64,000 nt of DNA from an uncultured Nitrospiraceae bacterium (GCA_963730935.1 CAVSTP010000002.1:224001-288000), one strand, 5' to 3'; counted from the stretch's first letter, positions 29,649 through 39,857 are shown. Numbers and translations: made by a program. Notes: generated by a model from the letters alone, not told the origin.

Positions 29649-30422
29649 TTACTTCCGTGAACGGAGGGCTGCCCTCTCACCCAGCACGTTGATCCGGTGC
29701 GCGAGGCAGCCGGCGCCAAAACCGTTGTCGATGTTCATAACGCCGACGCCCGCCGCGCAGGAATTGAGCATGGTCAAGAGCGCGGCTAACCCATTGAAGC
29801 TCGCCCCGTAGCCGCGGCTGGTGGGCACAGCCACGACGGGACAATCCACCAATCCCCCGACGACGCTCGGCAGTACGCCGTCCATTCCGGCGACCACCAC
29901 AATGACGTGGGCGTCTGTGAGTTGCTTGTGGCGTCCCAACAATCGGTGTATGCCTGCGACGCCCACGTCGTAGAGCGTCTCCACCCGGCTGCCCATGATT
30001 TCCGCGGTAATTCTCGCTTCCTCCGCCACCGGGACATCGGAAGTGCCGGCGGTGATCACCAACACCTGTCCCTCCAGCCGCCGTTTGAGATCGCGACGGG
30101 CCACGATGCGGGCCTGCTCATGATAGACCGCGCGACGGTCGATCCGCTTAATGAGAGCCGCTACCTGAGGAGTCGCCCGCGTGGCCAGGAACGGCCTGTG
30201 ATGTTTGAGCAGTGAAGCCGCGATGCCGCGAATCTGCACGGGTGTCTTGCCTTCGCACAAAATCACTTCCGGGAAGCCCTGCCGGATGGAACGATGGTGA
30301 TCGAGGGAAGCGAATCCCAAGTCTTCGAAGGGCAGCGCGCGCAGTTGTTCCAGTGCCGCGGGCACAGTCACTTTCCCGCTTCTCACACGGGTGAGCAGGC
30401 GCTCGAGCCGTTCACGGTTCAC
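29649..30422 (-). CDS. larB: Nickel-pincer cofactor biosynthesis carboxylase/hydrolase
   Basis: LDHHRSIRQGFPEVILCEGKT, AGTSD.PVAEEA, DVGVAG.HRL, VPTS.GYG, NIDNGFGA. Confidence 0.95.
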   Translation of the reverse strand: MNRERLERLLTRVRSGKVTVPAALEQLRALPFEDLGFASLDHHRSIRQGFPEVILCEGKTPVQIRGIAASLLKHHRPFLATRATPQVAALIKRIDRRAVYHEQARIVARRDLKRRLEGQVLVITAGTSDVPVAEEARITAEIMGSRVETLYDVGVAGIHRLLGRHKQLTDAHVIVVVAGMDGVLPSVVGGLVDCPVVAVPTSRGYGASFNGLAALLTMLNSCAAGVGVMNIDNGFGAGCLAHRINVLGERAALRSRK

Positions 30423-31438
30423 GGTCCGGCCTTTTCCGGTTTGGCGACCCGTTCCATCAGATCGCTCACGGCTTTGCGGCAGGATTTTCCTTCAAACAGG
30501 ACGGCATTGACTTCGCGAACGATCGGCATCTCCACGCCATGCCGCACCGCCAATCCGGCAGCCGCCCGACTCGTTCGCACGCCCTCCGCGACCGCTTGCA
30601 TCCCTCCCAAGATGGTCTCCAGTTTGTCGCCTTGTCCGAGACGAACGCCGACATGATGGTTCCGGCTTAAGGCGCCGGTGCAGGTCAGCACGAGATCGCC
30701 GACACCCGACAAGCCATAGAATGTCCTCGGATCTGCTCCCATCGCCATACCCAGACGCACCATTTCGGCCAGTCCCCTCGTGATCATGGCGGCCCTCGTG
30801 TTGTGTCCCAAACCCAATCCGTCGACGACGCCGGCCGCGAGGGCCATCACATTTTTCAACGCCCCACCCAATTGCACCCCGACGACGTCGCTGTCGGCAT
30901 AGACGCGAAGAGAGGACGTCATGAAGGCGGTCTGGAAGGATTCGACCAACGCAGCATTGGTTCCCGCAAGACACAGCGCCGTTGGCTGCCCCTGACTGAC
31001 TTCCACCGCAAAGCTGGGTCCGGACAGCACCATGAGCCCATCGTGCAAAGCGGGAGGCAGCACATCGGTGATGACTTGCGTCATGAGCTTAAAGGTATCT
31101 TCCTCGACGCCTTTCGTGGCACTCACGATGGGAAGTGGGCGAGAGAGCAAAGGGGCAAGCTGCTGGAGGACGAGGCGAGCCACATGCGATGGCACGACGA
31201 ACAGCAGGCCGTCGCACGATTCCACGGCTTCCGCCAGAACGTTCGTCACCTTGAGTGCGGCAGGAAGCGTGACACCCGGTAAAAACAGCTGGTTCTCGCG
31301 CTTGGCGGCGATCGAATCGAGCACCTCCCGCTCGTAGGCCCATAAGGCGATCTGGAGTCCTTTTTCCGCGAGATGCTTCGCAAGCGCCGTTCCCCAGGCT
31401 CCGGCACCGATCACAGCAATTCGTTGGGCGGGTGGCAT
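30419..31438 (-). CDS. gpsA: NAD(P)H-dependent glycerol-3-phosphate dehydrogenase
   Basis: GAGAWGTALA, LSGPSFA, GGALKN, GLSGVGDL.LTC...SRN. Confidence 0.96.
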   Translation of the reverse strand: MPPAQRIAVIGAGAWGTALAKHLAEKGLQIALWAYEREVLDSIAAKRENQLFLPGVTLPAALKVTNVLAEAVESCDGLLFVVPSHVARLVLQQLAPLLSRPLPIVSATKGVEEDTFKLMTQVITDVLPPALHDGLMVLSGPSFAVEVSQGQPTALCLAGTNAALVESFQTAFMTSSLRVYADSDVVGVQLGGALKNVMALAAGVVDGLGLGHNTRAAMITRGLAEMVRLGMAMGADPRTFYGLSGVGDLVLTCTGALSRNHHVGVRLGQGDKLETILGGMQAVAEGVRTSRAAAGLAVRHGVEMPIVREVNAVLFEGKSCRKAVSDLMERVAKPEKAGP

Positions 31439-31506
31439 TGTTCAGGATGAAGAGTTAGGTGGATGGGATGGATATCGCGTCTCTTCGCGTCCAATCGAGC
31501 GGCCGG

Positions 31507-31536
31507 ATTATAGGAAGGCCTCCTTTCTTCTGTCAA
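31507..31536 (-). promoter_or_regulatory. sigma-70 promoter for gpsA-larB
   Basis: Perfect hexamers TTGACA-N18-TATAAT. Confidence 0.7.
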
Positions 31537-31643
31537 CGAAGCGCGTTGTCCACGGACTGTACAAGGCCGACTGGTCTAGACGACAGAACCACGCGATCAT
31601 GGCCTAGAACATGCGATTTATGCGGACTTTTTGCGATTCTTCG

Positions 31644-31659
31644 TGGCACATCGTTTGCT
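31644..31659 (+). promoter_or_regulatory. sigma-54 promoter
   Basis: TGGCAC-ATCGT-TTGCT, a full consensus match, 90 bp upstream of the OMP gene. Confidence 0.75.
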
Positions 31660-31748
31660 CAGCCACAACACGATTTCACAAATTACTTCGTGGTTCAGCG
31701 TTCGATGGGTAGGATGGCAAGGACACGAACGCAAGCGAGGATTCGATA

Positions 31749-32456
31749 ATGCACAGACTGCTAACAGTGATGGTCGCGGTTGCCGGAATGAGTCTTCTGG
31801 CCATGCTGGCAGAGCAGGCGTGGAGACCATCTGTGGCGCAGGCGGAAACTTACGTGGCTGGGAAATTCGGGGTCACCTTTCCTCAGAGCTTGAGCGGTGG
31901 CGTCACGACGCAGGAAGGCATCGCTGGACTTGATATGTCCGATCAGGCGCTCAAGAGTTCGGTCAACGTGGGGGCAAAGCTGGGACACTATTTTTCGCGT
32001 GCCAAATGGCTGGGCATTGAGACCGGTCTCTCGTACACGACCCCGCACATCAAGGAAGGTTCGATTACGTTCACCGGACCGGGAGGTTCGCTGAATTCCG
32101 GTATGCTGCCAGGGGTCCATCAGCAAATGATCATTTGGGAAGTGGCGACCTTGATGATGCGCTACCCCGGCAATCGTCTCCAGCCCTATGTCGGCGTCGG
32201 TCCAGCGCTCTTTTTCGGCAGCTTGAAAGGTCCGACCGCTCCTCCGGGACAGTCCGCCACATCGATCGGGTTCAATGCGGAAGCCGGTGTGCGCTACTTC
32301 CTGACGCGCCATTGGGCTCTCTTCGGAGAAGGGACGTATAACCGGGCGAGAATGTCGTACACCTCCAACGACAGCAACTCGAATGCCGACCCGTTCGGAT
32401 TCCGTGCCACGTACAGCGCCTTCACGTTGAATCTTGGCGTGAGTTACCATTTCTAG
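31749..32456 (+). CDS. Outer-membrane beta-barrel protein (8-strand OmpA/OmpW-like)
   Basis: Signal peptide, QPYVGVG, C-terminal GVSYHF. Confidence 0.85.
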   Translation: MHRLLTVMVAVAGMSLLAMLAEQAWRPSVAQAETYVAGKFGVTFPQSLSGGVTTQEGIAGLDMSDQALKSSVNVGAKLGHYFSRAKWLGIETGLSYTTPHIKEGSITFTGPGGSLNSGMLPGVHQQMIIWEVATLMMRYPGNRLQPYVGVGPALFFGSLKGPTAPPGQSATSIGFNAEAGVRYFLTRHWALFGEGTYNRARMSYTSNDSNSNADPFGFRATYSAFTLNLGVSYHF

Positions 32457-32516
32457 CGCGCTGTCTCTTCGCCGGCTCTAGCAAAGACTCTCCGTTCCGT
32501 GTAGCCTGGACGGGGT

Positions 32517-32867
32517 ATGAAGCCCTGCCCCAGGTGCCGTAAAGACCTGCCCGAGATCTACCGCTACTGCACAGAATGCGGCAATCCGCTCGACGCCTCA
32601 GTCGTCCCGAGCAGCCCGAAAATTGCCCTGTCTCCGGAAGCGCTCAACCTCCAGGTGCTCTACGGCATGGTGGCCGTTCTCGTCCTTGCGCTTCTGTTCC
32701 CACCGTGGGAAACGCCGCCGACACAGGCGCCGGAGTTTCTGGGACTGCATTTTATCCTGATACCTCCGACGCCCGACGCCGTGGTGAGCCGGGTTCTGAT
32801 GACCATCGAACTCGTCACCATCGCCATCGCCGGCCTCTACGGTGCGTTTCTGTTCAGACAACGGTAG
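32517..32867 (+). CDS. Zinc-ribbon membrane protein
   Basis: CPRC...YCTECG followed by two TM segments. Confidence 0.7.
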   Translation: MKPCPRCRKDLPEIYRYCTECGNPLDASVVPSSPKIALSPEALNLQVLYGMVAVLVLALLFPPWETPPTQAPEFLGLHFILIPPTPDAVVSRVLMTIELVTIAIAGLYGAFLFRQR

Positions 32868-32921
32868 CGGTGTTAACCGGAGAGCTGGAAGGAGAGAAAC
32901 CACCATCAGACGTTGGATTGC

Positions 32922-33722
32922 TCAATCCAACGCTAAGGTCAGGCACTTCGCGGAACCTCCCGATTTCATGAATTCATTCAAGGGAACCTCGTGCGGCTCA
33001 TAGCCGCGGGCGTCCAACCATTTCATGGTCTCCGGACAGCCGGACGGCAGCACGACGTGCTTTCCCACGCAGACCGCGTTGGAGGCGAATTTAAGTGCTT
33101 CCGGTTCGGGCACCGCGAACCGACGGCTGGCCGGAATGCGTTCCGCAATGGCCGAGTGTGCGTATTGGTCAAATGCGGCGGGATAGTACAGCAGGTCTCC
33201 TCCGCTTAGGGGACAGAAGCATGTATCCAGATGGTAAAACCGGCCGTCGACGAGCTCCAGGGGAAGAATCTCCCGTTCGAATATCTCGCTCAGAATCGGA
33301 AACGCGCGGAATTCCGACCGTTGCCTGTAGCCGCCGAACCAACCATCAGCAAAGCCGAGGAGATCGCCTGCACCTTCGAAATACATGTCCGCCTCGAGCA
33401 TCACGATTTCGTAGCCATGCTCTCGAAACCACCCTTCGAAATGCGCCTCTTCGCGTTGCCGCTCGGCATGGCGAAAGCGGCTGGGGACGGCCCTGCGGCC
33501 GACCACAACACCGGCGTTGGCAGTGAACACCAGGTCCGGCAGTCCTGGAACAGGCGTCATCCGTTCAAGCACGGCACCCGCGTCGCGTTCAAGCACCTCC
33601 ATTAACCCGTGCCACTGCCGCACCGCCGCTTGCGGGTCCACCATGTTGGACCGGCGCATCCATGGATTGATTTCGTAGTCGATGCTGAAGTAATCGGGCG
33701 GGCACACCAACAACCGGCTCAT
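32922..33722 (-). CDS. Amidinotransferase/pentein protein resembling the ArgZ arginine dihydrolase domain
   Basis: CPPDYF.IDYEINPWM, LPDLVFTANAG, FEGAGD, FYHLDTCF, GGSAKCLTL. Confidence 0.85.
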   Translation of the reverse strand: MSRLLVCPPDYFSIDYEINPWMRRSNMVDPQAAVRQWHGLMEVLERDAGAVLERMTPVPGLPDLVFTANAGVVVGRRAVPSRFRHAERQREEAHFEGWFREHGYEIVMLEADMYFEGAGDLLGFADGWFGGYRQRSEFRAFPILSEIFEREILPLELVDGRFYHLDTCFCPLSGGDLLYYPAAFDQYAHSAIAERIPASRRFAVPEPEALKFASNAVCVGKHVVLPSGCPETMKWLDARGYEPHEVPLNEFMKSGGSAKCLTLALD

Positions 33723-33725
33723 CGC

Positions 33726-34967
33726 TCAACCCTTCCAACCGAGCTCTCTTGCGACATCCCGCAAGAAGGACGCGGCGTCCATGACGAGCCCTACGGCTTG
33801 AAAGCTGCCTCTGTCCGCCAGCTTGGTCGGTACAGCGGGATTGACATCGACACACACCGTCGGGATCGTCGCGGGCAGCAGATTGCCGGTGGCCACGGCA
33901 TGAAGGGTGGAGGCCACCAGCAATGCCAAGCCGACGCCCGGAATGGCCGCGCGCATTGCAGCCTGCGCCGTAACCGAATCGGTGATGACGCCGGGCAGCG
34001 GCCCGTCGTCACGAATCGTCCCTGCCATGACGACATGCACGCCACGCCTGACGCATGACGCCATGATGCCCTGCTTGATCACCCCGGTCTCCACCGCTTT
34101 CTCGATGCTCCCGATGCCGCGCACCCGATTGATGGTTCGCAGATGATGCTCATGGCCATGTGCCACGACTCTTCCGGCCGACAAACCATAGCCCAAGGAA
34201 GTCCCATAGAGATCCGCCTCCATGTCGTGCGCGGCCAGCGCGTTTCCGCAGAACAGCACATGCACGAGTCCTTCTTCGATGAGCCATGTCAAGGCATCAC
34301 GCCCTCCCGCGTGGATGATCGCCGGCCCTCCAGCTACCAGCACCTTGCATCCGTCCTTGCCGGCCCGATGCCCCTCGCGCAGCTGCTGCATGCGTTTCGC
34401 CACATCGGCGATGATGTGACCGTGGGGCCGCTCGGCCGACACCTGCGACTCCATGAAGCTGAAGACGTCGCGCTCCTCGGGCCGCCGCAGAGGAGTCACT
34501 CGGATGCCGCTGCGCCCGATCACCACGGCATCACCGCGCATGACGCCGGCCATCGGCACTGTGCGTGCACGGGATCTCTTCTGGTCCACGACGATGCCGA
34601 GATCCATCTCCATCCCTTCGACGTCGATCCATTGACCCGCGAGCCTCACCTGAGTGGGCAAATGCGTGGTCGCATAAAAATCCTCGGGAAATACGCCATC
34701 GGCGGGTGCCGCCCGATACTGACAATCGGATTCGCCTTCTACCGAGGCACCGTGCGGCTGAATGGCCCGAAGGATGTCAGAGAGCAGCTTCGCGGACTTG
34801 GCTCGAACCACAATGCGTGCCCGGGAAGCTTCGTTGCGCGTTTTTCCGATCGAGACTTCTTCGAGATCGAAGGTCCCTCCTGTCATGAGGATGGTATCTA
34901 ACACCTTCGCCAAGATGAGCGAATCGATGATGTGACCGCTGAGTACGACGGTTTCTTGGGCGGCCAT
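33726..34967 (-). CDS. TIGR00300-family (LOR/SDH) protein, ornithine cyclodeaminase-like
   Basis: GHIIDS, APADGVFPEDFYATT, EMD, VSAERP, GPAIIHAG, GNALAAHD.E, GTIRDDGPLP, TKLADRGS. Confidence 0.88.
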   Translation of the reverse strand: MAAQETVVLSGHIIDSLILAKVLDTILMTGGTFDLEEVSIGKTRNEASRARIVVRAKSAKLLSDILRAIQPHGASVEGESDCQYRAAPADGVFPEDFYATTHLPTQVRLAGQWIDVEGMEMDLGIVVDQKRSRARTVPMAGVMRGDAVVIGRSGIRVTPLRRPEERDVFSFMESQVSAERPHGHIIADVAKRMQQLREGHRAGKDGCKVLVAGGPAIIHAGGRDALTWLIEEGLVHVLFCGNALAAHDMEADLYGTSLGYGLSAGRVVAHGHEHHLRTINRVRGIGSIEKAVETGVIKQGIMASCVRRGVHVVMAGTIRDDGPLPGVITDSVTAQAAMRAAIPGVGLALLVASTLHAVATGNLLPATIPTVCVDVNPAVPTKLADRGSFQAVGLVMDAASFLRDVARELGWKG

Positions 34968-35043
34968 TGGCACACTCCGTTGTCTTGATTTTATCACGCG
35001 ACGGGAATCGCCGAGGTCATTGGGATTCGACGTCGTTGTCGCG

Positions 35044-36105
35044 TCAGCCCGCCTGGGGGGTTTTCATCAGTTCGCGCAGGACACTCGTGGCATAGGCGCC
35101 CGGAGGGAGGCTGAAGGCCAGCGTGAGCACCGACCCGTCGAGCATCCATTCACGTTCAACCAGCGGCACCCGGAGGGAGCGGCGCTCCCCCCGAAAACCG
35201 CAGGCTTTGGCCGCCTCAATCAAGTGCTCAGGCGTGGAGCCCTGTTCGATGACGACAGCTCTCTCAATCTCGCCCGGCTCGTCGGTGGCCCACGACACCC
35301 GCGACCCGAAGAGAATCCCGGTGGGGCTGATCTCGAACCGGTCGGCCCGCGGCTGCTCCTGGGCGGCATCCTGGACTGGGAAACAGGCACCGTTGTCCAT
35401 TTTCATGGCCCAATCGCCGGTGAGCATGCGATCGATGCGGTCGATCCGACGCGACAGCATCTGGTTAAACAGGTGCGATTGAAAGGTGTTGAGATACCAC
35501 ATCCGCTTGGCGCGGCTCATTGTCTCTCGTTGGGACCGGTCAGTGAGCAGCGCGGCGCCGACCTGATAGTTGTCTCCGGTTTTGCCTTGCCGCTGTGGGC
35601 CAAAATAGTTGGGGATGCCCCTGCGCGACAATTCGTCGAGAATCGCCGGTATGGCCTCTCCGGCTCCTGCGTTCACGTCGCGGATGACCAGTCGGAACCG
35701 GTTGCCGGCATGATGTCCGGGACGTAAGCGATTTCGATGGCGACCCAACACCTCGATAGCCAAAATCTGCTCGTCAAGTTTCAGCCGAGAAACCCGTTCA
35801 TCCGGGACGCCGTGAAGAGAGACGAGTTGCGTCGTCACTGCCCTGGCATCCTTGAGGCCCGCAGTGCCGATGCCTTGCACCTTGACGCCGAGGGTTGATG
35901 AAATCCGGCGAACCAGATCGGGCGTCGAGAGCAATCGCTTGGTCACCCTGAGATAGAGGTGTTCACCCTCACCGCAGGGCAGATACAGCGGACGCTCATC
36001 GACCCGGAAATCTTCCGGTTCGGAGCGAATCCGCCCGCCGATCCCCACGACGGCACGGGTCAGATACGGCAACTGGCTGGATGATCCGGTCCCGTCTGCT
36101 TCCAT
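35044..36105 (-). CDS. truD: tRNA pseudouridine(13) synthase
   Basis: PEDFRVDE, AGLKDARAVTTQ, GNRF, PNYFGPQR, F.LPPGAYAT. Confidence 0.93.
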   Translation of the reverse strand: MEADGTGSSSQLPYLTRAVVGIGGRIRSEPEDFRVDERPLYLPCGEGEHLYLRVTKRLLSTPDLVRRISSTLGVKVQGIGTAGLKDARAVTTQLVSLHGVPDERVSRLKLDEQILAIEVLGRHRNRLRPGHHAGNRFRLVIRDVNAGAGEAIPAILDELSRRGIPNYFGPQRQGKTGDNYQVGAALLTDRSQRETMSRAKRMWYLNTFQSHLFNQMLSRRIDRIDRMLTGDWAMKMDNGACFPVQDAAQEQPRADRFEISPTGILFGSRVSWATDEPGEIERAVVIEQGSTPEHLIEAAKACGFRGERRSLRVPLVEREWMLDGSVLTLAFSLPPGAYATSVLRELMKTPQAG

Positions 36106-36120
36106 GGTATACTCGAGATG

Positions 36121-36747
36121 ATGCGTCCCCAGTCGGCCATACCGGCGGCAACCCTTGCTGTCTTCTTGTCCGTCCTCACGGAAGGTGAAGCGCGATCTGC
36201 GCTGATCGCCGACAACGACGTCTTCCCCACCTTTACTGGTTACATCGCCAAACAGGTCGGCATCGACAAGGAAGCGTTCGCACAGGCCAGCACCTGCCTG
36301 TCATGGTTCTATAAAGGCTCGAAGAAAGCGCCGCCAGCAGAGGCGCAAGGGATCGCATGGCACCTCCCCGTTCTTCTTCTCGAGCCTGGACGCGATTGCC
36401 CTCGCCAGTATCCCGGCGGCATGGAAACGGCACGGGATGACTTCGCGAGGAAGCAGGCCTTGTTGTCCGTAAGCCTGACCGTCTATGAATTCGCGTTGGT
36501 CGCCGACCACAACGACGATGATCAGTACAATGCCGCCGAACTCCGGGATTTATTTCAGTCGCTTTCGCTCACCTATGATGCCGCCACTCCGCCCCGCGCA
36601 GCTGGTGCGACTTTAACCGCCAGGTTCGATCAGTGGTACCGCTCCAGGAACCTGGAGGAAGTCATGCAGGGCATGAGCGCCCTTTATGAACAAGGGTATC
36701 GCATGACCCCACATGACCGGGCAGAACTCGATCGGGTCATGAAATGA
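36121..36747 (+). CDS. Exported hypothetical protein with EF-hand-like loop
   Basis: Signal-like N-terminus, loop DHNDDDQYNAAE. TG-TATACT 7 nt upstream of ATG 36121. Confidence 0.6.
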   Translation: MRPQSAIPAATLAVFLSVLTEGEARSALIADNDVFPTFTGYIAKQVGIDKEAFAQASTCLSWFYKGSKKAPPAEAQGIAWHLPVLLLEPGRDCPRQYPGGMETARDDFARKQALLSVSLTVYEFALVADHNDDDQYNAAELRDLFQSLSLTYDAATPPRAAGATLTARFDQWYRSRNLEEVMQGMSALYEQGYRMTPHDRAELDRVMK

Positions 36748-37601
36748 TCAGACGCATCTCCTCCTGGCCCGATCGAGTTCGTACGTACATTGGACATAGC
36801 CTCAGCGAGCCGTTCTATCGCTTTTTTCGTCTCTTCCCCCATTGGGAATTGGGCTTGGATCGGCACGAGATCACCTACCTGTACCACATGCATGGACCGC
36901 TTGCAGGCCGTCGAGCCATCCATCTCAGCGATCTTCACGTGGACCGGCATCAATCGCGGCATGACGAGGTCATTCGCTCGGTCCGCGACCTTCGGCCCGA
37001 TTGGATTTTCATCACCGGAGATCTGCTGAACGTGCCCGAGGGCGTGCCGCCTCTGTTCCAGTTTTTGGCACGCTTACGGGAGATTGCCCCAGTCTTCATC
37101 ACCCTGGGCAACCACGACCATTACAGCGGGGTGCCTATCTCGGAGTATGCCGAGCTGGCGGACCGGCATAAGATCACCTTGCTCGTGAATCAGAGCACGT
37201 TCATTCCTACCGGTACCGGCGAACTCGCGATCGTCGGCGTCGATGATCCCTCGCTTCACCGCGCCGATCTGCGATGCATTCCGCCGCCGGCACAGCACCG
37301 CTTTACGCTGCTCTTGGCTCATGCGCCCAACATCCTCGACATGCTGGGCAACGAGCATGCCGTCGACCTGATTCTGTGCGGTCACAGCCATGGCGGTCAA
37401 TGGCAGATTCCCGGAGTTCCGACCTTCTGGCTTCCGCCCGGCTGTCGCGGCCGCATCTCCGGACAGCATGGCAACGCTCGCCACCGGATGTATGTGAATC
37501 GCGGCCTCGGATGGTCTTTCCTGCCTTTTCGATGGAACTGCCTCCCGGAAATCGCCGTCATCACCTGGACCAACCAGCAGGTTCAGCACCCAGCCGCCTA
37601 A
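36744..37601 (+). CDS. Metallophosphoesterase (YkuE-like)
   Basis: SDLH, TGD, GNHD, LAHAP, GHSHGGQ, VNRGLG. Confidence 0.9.
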   Translation: MIRRISSWPDRVRTYIGHSLSEPFYRFFRLFPHWELGLDRHEITYLYHMHGPLAGRRAIHLSDLHVDRHQSRHDEVIRSVRDLRPDWIFITGDLLNVPEGVPPLFQFLARLREIAPVFITLGNHDHYSGVPISEYAELADRHKITLLVNQSTFIPTGTGELAIVGVDDPSLHRADLRCIPPPAQHRFTLLLAHAPNILDMLGNEHAVDLILCGHSHGGQWQIPGVPTFWLPPGCRGRISGQHGNARHRMYVNRGLGWSFLPFRWNCLPEIAVITWTNQQVQHPAA

Positions 37602-37852
37602 CTCTTTTTCTTTCCTTCTCCTTCAGACGAGGAAGGCACGACTCCCAGGCGAACGGTCGAGTCCTGCGACTTGCGATGGGTGCATGGCCTTGCCGCTGCA
37701 GTCGCCACAGGCGATGGCGAGACGCACTGTTCGAAGGTCCGTTCGGACGAAGTCCGGGATGGACCGAGTTGCGGAGGCAAGCAGCGACAGGGCCGTGCGT
37801 TTCACCCATCGCTGAAGCAAGAACGGCCGTTCGCCTTGATCCGCTGCTCTAT

Positions 37853-38485
37853 TCACGCGCCCATCCGCTCCAGCGCTTCTTTCGCCCGACTCCTTACGGT
37901 CTGATCCCAATCTTCTTCCATCACCGTCACCAGGCGCGCTTTGGTTTCGATTGCCCGAAGGCGGCCGAGGGCGAGCGCCGCGCAGGAACGGACATAGGCA
38001 TGATCGTCCTCGAGGGCCTTGACGAGCAATGACACGACGCTCAAATCCTGTAACACTCCAAGATGGCTCGCTGCCATTCCCCGAAGGCGATGCTGTTTAT
38101 CGCCGACCGCCCGTTGCAACGTGGTGGCAAACAATTCTTTGAGGGCCGGCAGTTCAGACTCGAGGCCATCCAGGCGGTAGTTATTGACTTCGATCAATGC
38201 AAATGCGGTTTCCAATCGCTTATCCGAAGCGGTCTCCCGCGCAAAGCGCGCCAAGAGCATCTCGCGCCGGCGCAGGCGTTGTTGACGCCTTCGGACGGCA
38301 CGGACGATGAGCCACACGATGACCAGGCAGACCGCCGCGAGCAGCGCGATCGGAATCGCTTGGTCGATGAGGTAGTCCTGTGTGTCGAGCGACAGCCGTT
38401 TCCAAATCCACACGGCCGTAATGATAGTTCCGAACAAGATTGCGATCGCGGTTAAATTGGCCTGTCCCGAGGTGGGGTGCGTCAT
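37853..38485 (-). CDS. Membrane-anchored HEAT-repeat protein
   Basis: Two TM helices followed by HEAT/PBS repeats (ALEDDHAYVRSCAALALG). Confidence 0.75.
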   Translation of the reverse strand: MTHPTSGQANLTAIAILFGTIITAVWIWKRLSLDTQDYLIDQAIPIALLAAVCLVIVWLIVRAVRRRQQRLRRREMLLARFARETASDKRLETAFALIEVNNYRLDGLESELPALKELFATTLQRAVGDKQHRLRGMAASHLGVLQDLSVVSLLVKALEDDHAYVRSCAALALGRLRAIETKARLVTVMEEDWDQTVRSRAKEALERMGA

Positions 38486-38576
38486 AGGGCCGGCATCATA
38501 GGAGTCCGTGGCGATTGCGTCAACGACGCCACCGGCTTGACGGTCGTACGTATTCGCTCTATTCTGCGACCTCTTC

Positions 38577-39041
38577 ATGGAACTGCCGCATCTGAAAGAC
38601 GATCCTCATCTCAAAGTACTCCGTCCCTTGGTGGAAGCCTACCTGGCCTTTTCCCGCATCGATAACCGCCATATCAGAGCGCTCCGCCTGACGCCGTCAC
38701 AGTTCGACGTCCTCGTGACGCTGGGCGACACGACCGGGCTGACCTGCTCGCAACTTTCATCCCAGACCCTCGTGACGAAAGGCACCTTGACCGGAGTCCT
38801 CGATCGGTTGGCGAGAAAGGGGCTGATTCGTCGAGAATCCGTCGTTGGCGACAAGCGCCGTACGAAGATCAGGTTGACGGAAAAGGGCCATGCCCTGTTT
38901 CAACAGGTCTTCGCAGCTCACATTGCGTTCATCCGGCCCTTTTTCGAACGGGCCCTCTCGCAGCAGGAGGTGGAGACCGCCCGGCGGTTGCTGATCCGGA
39001 TGCGCGACAGCTTTCAAGCAAGGGAGAACGGCCAAGGCTGA
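38577..39041 (+). CDS. MarR-family transcriptional regulator
   Basis: LTPSQFDVL, TLTGVLDRL..KGLI.R, DKR...LTEKG. Confidence 0.92.
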   Translation: MELPHLKDDPHLKVLRPLVEAYLAFSRIDNRHIRALRLTPSQFDVLVTLGDTTGLTCSQLSSQTLVTKGTLTGVLDRLARKGLIRRESVVGDKRRTKIRLTEKGHALFQQVFAAHIAFIRPFFERALSQQEVETARRLLIRMRDSFQARENGQG

Positions 39042-39091
39042 GATCGCGCCGGGCGCGCCCGGCATCGGCAGATCTGAGCGGCAGCCACGCT

Positions 39092-39847
39092 ATGCGCCTT
39101 ACCATCCTTGGATCCGGCACGAATGTCCATCCGGCAAGGGCCGCCGCCGGCTATCTCGTTCACACCGACCAGGTCATGTTGCTGGATTTCGGCCCGCGCA
39201 CGCTGATGAATCTCGTCAAAACCGGCGTCAACCGGCATCGTATTACGCATATCCTGTTCTCGCACTACCACGCCGATCACTTTTCGGACTTCATTACATA
39301 CCTGTTCGACGAGATCATCTTCGCCAAGTTTGAAGGCATGTCCCGTCCGCCGTTGACCGTGATGGGGCCACCGGGGACCAGCCGTCTGTTCCGTACGATG
39401 TTCGGGTTGCTGCCCGGGTTTGATCAGGCGCCGTTCCCGGTCCGGTACCGTGACCTGGGGGATCGTGCCGTCCGCATCGGAGCCACGAAGATCATTCCCA
39501 CCACCGTGCTCCATGTGCCCGGCCTGCATTGTCTCGGCTACCGGGTGGAATACCAAGGAAGAGCGCTCGCCTACTCTGGCGATTCTCAATATTGCGCCCC
39601 GCTCGTGCGGCTCTGTGGGGATACGGATCTCGCCGTGCTGGACTGTTCGTTCCCGGCCAGCCGGCCAAATCCCGTGCACTTGCACGCTGGCCAGTGTGGA
39701 CAGGTGGCCCGTGAAGCCAGCGTGGGCCGCCTCGTCCTCTCGCATTTTTATCCGATTGCCGAGCGATACGATGTCAGGGCACAGGCAGGAGAGGCGTTCG
39801 ACGGGCCGATCACGAAGGCGAAGGATTTGCTTCGAATCGATCTCTGA
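39092..39847 (+). CDS. MBL-fold hydrolase (RNase Z-like)
   Basis: LGSG, LDFG, SHYHADH, YSGDS, LSHFYP. Confidence 0.85.
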   Translation: MRLTILGSGTNVHPARAAAGYLVHTDQVMLLDFGPRTLMNLVKTGVNRHRITHILFSHYHADHFSDFITYLFDEIIFAKFEGMSRPPLTVMGPPGTSRLFRTMFGLLPGFDQAPFPVRYRDLGDRAVRIGATKIIPTTVLHVPGLHCLGYRVEYQGRALAYSGDSQYCAPLVRLCGDTDLAVLDCSFPASRPNPVHLHAGQCGQVAREASVGRLVLSHFYPIAERYDVRAQAGEAFDGPITKAKDLLRIDL

Positions 39848-39857
39848 TGGAGGCGGC

